From Thecamonas trahens ATCC 50062 (taxonomy: Eukaryota > Protista > Apusomonadida), in assembly GCF_000142905.1 (NCBI RefSeq), contig NW_013657625.1, positions 1 through 18,133 of the forward strand: DNA of 18,133 nucleotides, read 5' to 3'. The notes under the pieces were generated by a model. The model was not told the DNA's origin, did no database searches, and saw nothing but the letters and a program-made list of their open reading frames with translations. The translations under genes were made by a program, and so were the position numbers. Positions 8,503-17,700 of this stretch are shown here, piece after piece (position 1 is the first letter of the stretch; the number at the start of each line of letters is the position of its first letter).

Positions 8503-8976
8503 GGTGGTGGTAGGTTTGGAAGTGGGGTAGGTAGGTAGGGGGTAGGGTTGGGGGAGTTGAGGGGGGTGGGGGATTGGTTTGTTTGTGTGGTGGGTGTGGT
8601 GGGTGTGGGTGTGGGTGTGGGGTGGAGGCAGCTGGTGGCTTGGTGGTGGTCCTCGTTCCCTGCGGTTGGCGCCAACTGGTGCCCCCCCCCCCACACCCTG
8701 ACACCATTGGTCGGTCCGCAGTCGCAGCGCACACTGATGCAGCACTCGCAGACAACACAAAATCGTCCCCCCTCCCCCTACACACACACAATACCGCCCC
8801 CAGCCCAATCCAACTCCCCCCCCCCCTCGTCATCCTCCCACACTTCATCGCCAGTCACCTCGATCAATGGCACCCCCCCAACCTCCCCATCACACCACAT
8901 TGACGCGCAGTGCGACTAACCGCACCCACAGCCAGACTCAGCAAAGCACACCCCTCGTCTGCGCATCAACATCACC
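8503..8976. promoter_or_regulatory. Probable bidirectional promoter between IFT80 and Qri7
   Basis: 474-bp head-to-head spacer, G/T-rich on the left and C/A-rich on the right. Palindrome GTTGGCGCCAAC at 8665-8676. CCAAT pentamers at 8573-8577(-), 8706-8710(-) and 8805-8809(+). Confidence 0.6.
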
Positions 8977-10191
8977 ATGTTGTGGGCAAGGCTACAAGCA
9001 GGACATGCTATACGCCCAAGTCGCTCCGCATGGGTACGGGCTGCATCGGCTGCGGCCTCGCTCTCGTCGGCCCGTCCTACGGCAGAGACGGTCATGCTCG
9101 GCATCGAGACGACCTTTGATGACACAGGCATCGCCCTTGTCCGTGGCGATGGCACCGTCCTTGGCGAGGCCGTCTCGTCGCAGCGGCGGCTCAACTCGCA
9201 GTTTGGTGGAACGGTGCCGTCGCTGGCGGCCGAGGCGCACAGGGCCCGGTTCCGCGGCGTTCTTGCCGATGCGCTCGCCGATGCGGGCGCTACGCTCGCA
9301 GACGTCGATGCTGTGGCGGTTGCGGTCGGTCCAGGACTCTCGGCTTGTCTGCGTGTCGGTGGCGATCTCGCCAACGGGCTAGCCGCAGCAGCAGGGCTTC
9401 CGCTGTATGCGGTGAACCACCTTGAGGCGCACCTGCTCACCGCCCGGTTGACCGAGCAGCCGCCACCGACCTTTCCGTTTGTCTCACTCCTGGTGACCGG
9501 CGGCAACACGCAGGTCATCCTCGCCGAGGCCTTTGGTCGCTACACTCTGCTCGGCCAGACCCTTGATGATGCCATCGGCGAGGCCTTTGACAAGACCGCG
9601 CGTACGCTCGGCGTCGATCTTGCAGCGGGCTCGGGCGGGGCGGGGGTCGAGACCCTGGCAGCGGCCGCTACCGCGCCGGCCACCTCGGCCATCCGCTTCT
9701 CTATCCCCATGAAGAGCCACGACTCGATGGACTTTTCATTCTCGGGCCTTAAGACCGCGCTCGCCACCCGCGCCGCCACCGAGGCCGCCGCCGCCGGCGT
9801 CGATGCGCCGGCCGCCCTGCCACTCGCCACCCGCGCCGGCCTCGCCGCCGCCTTCCAGGACGCGGCCTTTGGCCACGTGCTCGACAAGACAAAGCGGGCG
9901 CTGGCACACGCACGGGCACAGTTGGCGCTTCCAGATGACGCGCCGCCGCTCCCGCTTGTTCTCTGTGGCGGGGTGTCGGCCAACGCCGCGCTGCGGGTCG
10001 AACTGGAGGCCGCCACCGCCGACGCCGGCGCCACTCTGGTCACCACGCCGCTGAGGCTGTGCACCGACAACGGCGTCATGATCGCGTGGGCTGGCCTCGA
10101 GCACATGGCCGCAGGCACAGAGCCCGTCGACCACGTCGTCACCGACCCGCGGCTCGTCCTCACCCACGCCTCGTTCTCCACCAAGCCATGA
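8977..10191 (+). CDS. OSGEPL1: Mitochondrial tRNA N6-threonylcarbamoyltransferase Qri7/OSGEPL1 (TsaD/Kae1 family)
   Basis: LGIET..DDT, GPGL, metal-binding HLEAH, TGGNT, GQTLDDAIGEAFDK, DFSFSGLKT, GGVSAN and CTDNGVMIAWAG. The R/A/S-rich, acid-free N-terminal extension is consistent with a mitochondrial presequence. Confidence 0.92.
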   Translation: MLWARLQAGHAIRPSRSAWVRAASAAASLSSARPTAETVMLGIETTFDDTGIALVRGDGTVLGEAVSSQRRLNSQFGGTVPSLAAEAHRARFRGVLADALADAGATLADVDAVAVAVGPGLSACLRVGGDLANGLAAAAGLPLYAVNHLEAHLLTARLTEQPPPTFPFVSLLVTGGNTQVILAEAFGRYTLLGQTLDDAIGEAFDKTARTLGVDLAAGSGGAGVETLAAAATAPATSAIRFSIPMKSHDSMDFSFSGLKTALATRAATEAAAAGVDAPAALPLATRAGLAAAFQDAAFGHVLDKTKRALAHARAQLALPDDAPPLPLVLCGGVSANAALRVELEAATADAGATLVTTPLRLCTDNGVMIAWAGLEHMAAGTEPVDHVVTDPRLVLTHASFSTKP

Positions 10192-10199
10192 TAGCGTCG

Positions 10200-11183
10200 T
10201 CACACGTCGGTGATGATCGGCGGCAGCGGCGCCTCAACGTAGCCCACCGCAAACGGCAGCTTGGTTACCAGTGGCGTTACCGCGGTCTCGCCCCACTGTT
10301 CGTGGAATGTCGGCTCGCGCGCAAGCGCGTCGACCACACGCATCGACTCAGCGTCTGCCACCCGGCCAAACACAGTGTGTCCGGCGCCCCACTCGGGGTG
10401 CGGCGCGAGCGCAATGAAAAAGTGCGGGCCAGATCCGATGAGACACACATCGCCACGCACCACAAGCGGCGCATCCTCCCGCGGCAGTTCCCAGTCACCC
10501 GGCGCCGCGTCGGTCGCAAACCGGCCTTGCAGCAGCGCGTACGGTGGGCCGTAGAAGCCATCCGGATCAAACGCCTCGCCCATGCTCCAGTTGCCCGGCA
10601 CAGCCTCGGCCCGATAAAAGTTGCACCCAGCATCGGCCGTTGCCTGTGGGGCGTCTTCCGCAGGCAGCGCCGCGCACGGCGGCATCGTCCCCGCCTCGGC
10701 CTCGGGCGATCCGATGGTAAAGGCCACAATCTTGGCCACCGTCTTGGGCGCCGCCCGCTTACGCAGCGAGATCACCACCATGCCCTTGCGCGTGATGAGC
10801 GAGAGCGACGGCGGCGGTGGCGGCGGAGCCACTGCAGCTTCGACTGCCGCAGCCACCGCTGCACCACCGGCGCCCGTGGCGTCCGTGCCCACGCCCGCGC
10901 CTGGCTCTCCCACCGCCAACACCGCAGCTGCGGCTGCAGCCTCTCCAGCCAGTGCCTGCGACACCGCCCACCACCACCACCCACCGTACGCTGCCAGTGC
11001 ACCGACCAACAGCAGTGCCGCCATCAAGCACATGGGCGTACTCGCTTTCCCGCCGCCGCCCTCGCCGCCACCTCCGCTCCGCCCGCCGCCTCCACTCCGC
11101 CTACCGTCCGCGGCGCCACCCACTGCGCCCACCACACCTACTGCACCTGCCCCGCCGTCCCCGCCTGGTCCCCGTCGCAACAT
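10200..11183 (-). CDS. Membrane-anchored cyclophilin-like (PPIase-fold) protein
   Basis: Cyclophilin-fold elements ITRKGMVVISL..AAPKTV, FYRAE, ALLQG, GSGPHFFIAL and HTVFGRV, after a TM helix (CLMAALLLVGALAAYGGWWWW) and an Ala/Pro linker. Start is probably atcATG at 11183; 11033 is an alternative. Confidence 0.75.
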   Translation of the reverse strand: MLRRGPGGDGGAGAVGVVGAVGGAADGRRSGGGGRSGGGGEGGGGKASTPMCLMAALLLVGALAAYGGWWWWAVSQALAGEAAAAAAVLAVGEPGAGVGTDATGAGGAAVAAAVEAAVAPPPPPPSLSLITRKGMVVISLRKRAAPKTVAKIVAFTIGSPEAEAGTMPPCAALPAEDAPQATADAGCNFYRAEAVPGNWSMGEAFDPDGFYGPPYALLQGRFATDAAPGDWELPREDAPLVVRGDVCLIGSGPHFFIALAPHPEWGAGHTVFGRVADAESMRVVDALAREPTFHEQWGETAVTPLVTKLPFAVGYVEAPLPPIITDV

Positions 11184-11388
11184 GATCCGCCCCCTTTGCC
11201 TGTGTCTGTGGGTTGAGTGTGGCGGTAACACTGTGCGCTGCTCACTCCCATCGCCACAACACAGCTTGGAGTTGCGCAGGTACCCATGCGCCATCACAGC
11301 TGCAAACACAGGGCAGCGTCAACGCTGATAGTGGCCGAGCGGTACCGACTGTTGGTGGTACTGGTCAGCATGTGTATTGGCCATGTGT

Positions 11389-11477
11389 GATGGCCATGTG
11401 CGGCGGCATCACAGCAAGTGCGATGGCCATGGGTGGTGGCATCACAGCAAGTGCGATGGCCATGGGTGATGGCATCA
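11389..11477 (+). repeat. 33-bp tandem repeat, about 2.7 copies
   Basis: Units gatggccatgtgcggcggcatcacagcaagtgc (11389-11421), gatggccatgggtggtggcatcacagcaagtgc (11422-11454) and partial gatggccatgggtgatggcatca (11455-11477). Confidence 0.9.
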
Positions 11478-11758
11478 TGTCTGTGCCTGCTTCCCCGCAA
11501 CGCACCAATCAATATTCCATCGCCTCCATGGCGACCATCGCCACCATCCCCGCCACCATCCCCGTCAATACCACCGCCCTCACCACCCTCGCCATCCGCG
11601 ACCATCCCCGCCAACAGGTGATCAAAAAGGTTGTGCTTCGACAGAGTGCTTCGACCGAGTGCTTCGAAGGAGACCGCCGACCTGACCTACCATGACTACC
11701 ACACGCCACACTCATTTGCCCATGGCCAGAATCGGGGCCACACACCTGACGCTCGACT

Positions 11759-14700
11759 ATGTCCACATCGCCGCTGTTGCCGCTGCTTCGCGAGCTGGTC
11801 TCCCGCCTTGCCGCGGCCTGCCCGCAGTCGTCGGCCACTACCGATGCGGTTGTTGACATGCTCTCGGGACACCCGCTGTTTGATTTGTCGCGGAAGGACG
11901 TGGCCAAGTTGCGCAAGGCAGCGGGCGATGCCGCTCTTCGCGGCCGGGCTCCTGAGCTATCGCACAACACTGCGCTCGTCATCCTCCCACCTGTCGAGCT
12001 GTGGGAGCCCATCAACGCCATCCGCGCTGAGCTCGAGCCGCATCATCTGACCATCTGGCCGCCGCACATCACCCTCGCCTACCCCTTCCTCCCAGTCCAT
12101 GCATGGCCCGACAACCTCGCCCCGCTTGCCGCCGCAACTGCCTCCATTGACCCGTTCGATGTCACTTTACTCACCTTTGGCACATTTAGTCGCGGCAAGA
12201 ATGGTATGCTCACCTACCTCGAGCCCGACCCAGAGTCGGCCTCCGGCATCACCGCCGTCCGTGCTGCGCTTTGTGATCAGCTCTTCCCGTACCTCCCGGC
12301 AACGTTTACACCACACCTCACTGTCGGCCGAGGCCAGTCCGATCCTCAGGCTCCGCGCCTTGCTGCTCACTGGACGCCGATCACCTTTCCGGTTAGCCAT
12401 CTTGCGCTCCTTGCCCGCCCGCACCGCGACGCGCCGCTTGAGATCATTGCCGAGATTCCACTCCGTGGACAGGGCGAGCTCTTGGCCACGGATATTGCTA
12501 CCATGGTCGCGTCGCTTGCTGCGCCACACACACCGCCTGCGCCTCGCAAGCTATCTCATCACGTGCCGGATGCCGTCGCTACCGCCAACGCCAAGCTCGT
12601 CGCCGCCGCTGCTTCCAATCCTGAGCTCGCTCCCGAGGCTGTCGAGCTGGCAACCGACGAGCTCGAAGCCCTCAACGCCATTTATGCCGACGACTCTGAA
12701 GTCGAACTGACGACCGACGCCACCTCCGTCTCGCTCACCCATCGCTCTGCCGGCGTTCGCCTGATCATCAACAAGGACGCCCTCTATCCGTTTACCGTTC
12801 CCACCATCTCGGTCGAGACCCGCTCGACCGAGACTGCGCCCTGGCATGCGGCTCCTGGGCTGAGCAAGCAGCTGTACGTGACTGCACTCGAGGCTGCCGG
12901 CTCGCCACTCTGCTACGAGTTGTTTCTTGCGGCGCTCGAGTGTGTGGCAGAGCAGCCGACAGCGGCACCTGCGCAAACCGGGACAACCCTCCCTCTCGCC
13001 CAGAATGCCGGAGACAGCGCGGGCACTGACAGCAGCGTCAGTAGCGCTGTAGCCTACATCCGCGGCCTCGTGCCCGCCGCACTCTCGGTCGCCCAGGCCA
13101 ACGCCCTCATCGCGCGCATCGATCCGAGTGCCGAGCTGGAGGACATGCCTATTACCCTTCCGGACACATTGTCCGAGCCTATCACCGCCGCGCCGGTGTG
13201 GATCTCTGCCGAAAAGGCGGCGTTGACTGCCGCCTTTGGCGTCAATGTCACCGTCGAGCCATGCGAGTTCACCGATGCTGTCCGCGGCTTTGACACCGTC
13301 ATCGCCATCCATATTCGAGCTCGCCATCCGGCCCAGCTCGGAAACTTTGTCCCACGCTCGCTCCGTGACACGCTCTCCACCATCCGCCATCCACCGGACC
13401 ATGTTTTTGCTGACGTCCGCATCCTCGCATCTGCCGTTGCCGTTGGCCACTTTGAGGTTGACGTTGTCAACAGCCTCGGCCTCACCGCCGGCGACATTCT
13501 TGCGCTCGACGGCGCTCTCTCGCTCGCTGCTGCTCGTCCGTCAGACTCCTTGCCGGCGATTGTGGCTGTTGCTGCTGGCGATCCGCACCTTTGCTATGCG
13601 CCGCTAGGCTGCCTGCCGATCGCGACGGCTTCCTGCATTGCCCAACAGTACGTGGCTGACGTTGCAACTGCTACAACCGCAGACAGCGGCGACGTCCCAA
13701 TGGTTCCGGCTGACCTCAAGCTTGTCGGCCTCCGCCCGGCCACAACTTCGATGACCTATGCTGCGCTCTCGATTGCGGCCGCTGAGGACGCTGCCCTTGG
13801 TGCCGCCCGCACCGCCGCCGCCGCCGACGGCTACCAAATCACCCATGCCGACCGAATCACCTCGCCTGCGCTTGTTGCGCGCTTCGCCGCCGCCGTGTCA
13901 TCCATGCCCACATCCGGCAAGTCGGTCCTTGCCCCGTTTGTTGGCTTCCACGGGACGTGGTCTGCTGACGCCGCCACCTCTATTGTCGAGTCGGGCATCC
14001 TTGCTCCGCTTGAAGTGACCGAGCGCGGCGAGCTCCTGCACATGGCGACAGGGGCAATCTATGGCAACGGCGTCTATGTTGCGCCTGGTCTGAGCAAGGC
14101 CGCTATGTACACCCGCGCCGACGCCGACGGTGCCTTCTCGGTCTTTGCCGCCCTTGTTGTCCCCGGCGTTGCACGGCGCGTTGTTTTCGACAGGCAGGCC
14201 GGATCGCGCACGCATGCCTCACGCGAGTTTGTCGCCGGCTTTTTCGACTACTTTACCTTTGACCCGAACTTTCACTCCAACGTGGCGCCGTCAGGAGAAG
14301 AGGTTGTCATCTTTGACTCTGCTCGGGTCCTGCCGCTCCTCCAGATCACCCTGGTTCCGGCGACTGTGGGTAGTGCCACTGCGCTTGCCGCCGATCCGTA
14401 CGCGCACCGTCAGCTCGCCCCGGCATCGTCTATTCTTCCGGGCTCACAATGGGCGCCGTTCACTGCTCGTTCACGCAAGTCGCGGCGCGCACTGGCAGCT
14501 GGTGCCGGAAAGGACCGCCGCAGAGCGTTCGTCCCGCAGAACGCTGTGCCTGATGCTGCTCCGCCGCTCCTCGCCTTCCACCGCGTCCCAGGCACCGCTG
14601 ACAAGTGGCTTCTCGACGTCTCGCCGCGGCTTCCGCTGCAATGGGGCCTGCCGGTGACCAAGGTGCATATGGTCTTTATCATCGAGGCCTCGGCGCGACT

Positions 14701-17700
14701 TGATGAAGCCTACACCAAGTTTGTGCTTCCAACGGCCTGTGAGCTTGTCCGCCGCGTCTCACCCGACGCCGCGTCTGCGGTAATCTTCGGCCGCGATGCG
14801 ACCGTCTACACCCCGGCCGCCGTCACTTCACACGCGTTCTTTGACACGCCTCGCATCCGCAACCGCACCCTTGACGAGAATGTCAGCTTTGGGGCAGGGT
14901 ATGAGGCTGCCATCACCCACGCACTCGACGCCGACGAGCGCCATCGGGACCAGATCCGCGCGGTTGCCCATGCCCGCGCGCTGGCCACACTGCGCCGGTT
15001 CGGCAAGCCAACCACCGATGCTGCGATCCGACGCCAAATCAAGTCCGAACTACATGCGCCAGATCTTGCTGCAACGGTCCACTACATGCTTGTCTCACTC
15101 TCGCGCGGTGTGGACTCGATCAGAACGCCGAGTGAGCTTGCAGCGCTCTGGAAGCGCTCGGCCAGGTATGTTTCCGGCGCCGGGCTTATGGCCTCGCTTA
15201 CGCCCATCAATCTCGGCAAGACTAGCAGCGTGGACCATGTTCTTGCCGCCAGAGCTGCAACGGCAGCGTCGTCGACTACGTACGTTTCGTATGACACTGC
15301 ACCGGTCTTTTACGCCCATCGCCTCCGCGCGCTTCCTGAAGTTGCCAAGCGCGTCGCTATCAAGCTCAAGGCTGCCGTCCGCAAGGTCTCGGTCCGGCTG
15401 AGCCTGCCAACGGAGGCCAGTTCGATTGCTCAGGGCTTTGTCACCTCGTTCACGTCGCGAGTGAGCCACGCAGTGTCGCTGGCGATCGCTCCCGGCAGCG
15501 GGACGAACGGAGTGCTCTACCACGGTGCGACACCGCCTCGGACAATCAGCATCGGCGAGTTTGAGCATCCGATTCCGGTCGTAGCCCATGTGCCACGGCC
15601 GATGGAGAACGACTCGACGCCGGGCTCGCTGCTGGTTGCCGAGTCGACTGCCGGATCACTCGAGGCGCTGCGGGCTCAGGGCACGCTCCTCGCTGTACTC
15701 CGCGGACTCATCGATGACATCAAGGTTGCGGCGGTGACCGGCAAGGATGTGCGGCTGGCGTTTGAGACGCTCAGCACCCTGATCGACGGCGTGAAGACAG
15801 CGGGTCCGAGTCACGGCGCTCTCGCTGCCATGTCAGCATGCGAACGGATGGAGACCGTTCGCGCCAAGGCCCGCCTCGTCAACGAGCTCGAGGCCATGTG
15901 CAACGGCGTTCGCGATGCCCTGGTGGTGGCTGCCGAAGCCAAGATGAGCCCGGTCGCCCAGTCCAAGTGGCTGGCTCAGTCGGAGAACCTCAAGTACGGC
16001 GCTGCCGCTGGGAGGCGATCGGTAGCAGTGGTCGACGCTTCCGATGTCGGCCGCGACCTCGTTCGCCGCCTGGACGCGGCACTAGATGATGTTGACCTCT
16101 CGCCACCGGCGCACCGAGAGATCGAGCTCGCCCAAGCTGCAGTCGACGCTATCGGCGACTCTCCCGAGACTGCGCTTGCCGGCTTTGTTCTCCCGGACCT
16201 GCTGTATGGCTTTGGTAGTCTCGGCCTGGGCATTGTGGTGCGGCGGAGCAACGCTAGCGTCGCCGATCCGTGGCAGATTCATGTCGAGACGGTGACGAGC
16301 GCGTGGGTCGAGACCAGCCGAGTCATGTGCGGCCTTCGCACAGGTTCGCCGCTGTGTATCGATTGGTACCCGGGTGGCGCAGAAGGGCGTCGCAACTCAC
16401 TGAGCTCGTCTGATGACGACAGCGACGTCGACGATGCTGGAGAGAGCCGCAGCAAGACCAGCCGGCCGGTGGTTCGAGTCAGGCCGGTGGCGGCTGTCGA
16501 GGACGTGCTGGTGGTGATGCGGCCGGGCCATGCCGCGGCACCGGTGCTGGAAGCATACGCCAAGTCTGCGCTCCACACTGCGTACCTCGGCGTGGTCTTT
16601 TGCCGCAATCCGGTGCTGGCGCTGCCGGCGCAGCGGACGGCGCTACTGACGGTGGCACTCGTCCAGGCCGTCAACCAGCTGCTTGATCCGGCGTGCTGCG
16701 AGCCTGGCTTTGTGGCTGTGGTGTGGACGCTGCTGACCTCGTTGCGGGCGCGGATGGGGATTAACGGCGCATCGCCCGAGCAGTTCTGGAACGGAGTGAT
16801 CTACAAGCTCATGGAGCCACATCCGGAGCGGCGACTGACCGAGGCTCCCGAGGACGATGTGTCATCGGTGGCCAAGGTGCTAGGCCCGCTGATGGTGTGC
16901 CACGAGGCTGTGGATGAGGTTGGTCTCTTTGAACTCGCTGCAGCGCCGCAGCTGTCTGCTGTGGCGCTGGCCCTGCTGGCTGAGTCGATCTCGCGGTCGT
17001 CGCGCGTCTACCTCAAGTGCCGTCTTGCAAGACGCGGCGTGGCCAACCACGCGGCTGCAATGCGCGACGAGGCCCAAGCGGTCCTGGCCCGGGCGCTCGG
17101 CATTAGCCCTGAGTCAGTGCCGGCGATCTCGCCGAGCGATGAGGTCATCGACCCGCCGGCGTCGGCCTTGACCTTTGGCAGCGAAGCCGACATCGACCGC
17201 GCGCTGCGGGCGTCGAGCAAGCTCTTCCGCAAGCCGGGGTGGACCAATGTACCGCCGACGGCCGTGCTGGCCTGCCTGCAGATGGCACGGGTCGTCCAGG
17301 GCTTTGGCCGCGAGCTTGCGCAGCCGACCGCTGACCCGCCACCGGCCTTTGTGACAGCCGTATGCAGCACGTTTCGTGGGCTTTCGATGGGCGCGTTCCT
17401 CACCCAATTTGTGGAGCCCGGTGCTGGGCGCGAGCTCGACCGGCGGGCGCTGCAGGCTGCGCTCTATGTCCAGGGCATCGAGTTCCACTCATCCAAGCTC
17501 CGCCGCGGTGGCGAGATTGGCGAGCTGCTTGAACCGCATGCATTGGTGGCCAGCGCGGCGGCGCGGGCGCGCAAGACCATGTATGCTGCGGCGCGGAGTG
17601 TCAAGCTTGCCCGACTGGCCCGAACCCGCAAGCTCAACGCGCGCGAGCTCCGGAGGCAGGAGAAGCTCGCTGCGCTCGCTGAGTTTTACACAGCCCATGC

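Noticed and set aside
7216-8538. Long antisense or alternate-frame ORFs (for example 7216-8538, 1243-2181, 10059-11216, 12551-13450)
   Set aside because: These are shadow ORFs expected from high GC and biased codon usage opposite real genes. They are Arg/Pro-rich and have no motifs.
8665-8676. RFX X-box upstream of the ciliary gene IFT80
   Set aside because: GTTGGCGCCAAC mismatches both halves of GTNRCC-N0-3-RGYAAC and fits an E2F-type palindrome better.
8503-8808. 102-aa His/Thr/Pro-rich N-terminal extension of IFT80
   Set aside because: It derives from C/A-rich leader repeats. IFT80 homology begins at MKL (8502).
11389-11477. 33-bp repeat as a possible CRISPR array
   Set aside because: The units are directly adjacent with no unique spacers, there are no cas genes, and the context is eukaryotic.
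11213-11695. 160-aa ORF with MAMGGGITASA repeats
   Set aside because: It has a non-ATG start, lies in a divergent promoter spacer, and its repeats simply reflect the 33-bp minisatellite. There is no recognisable domain.
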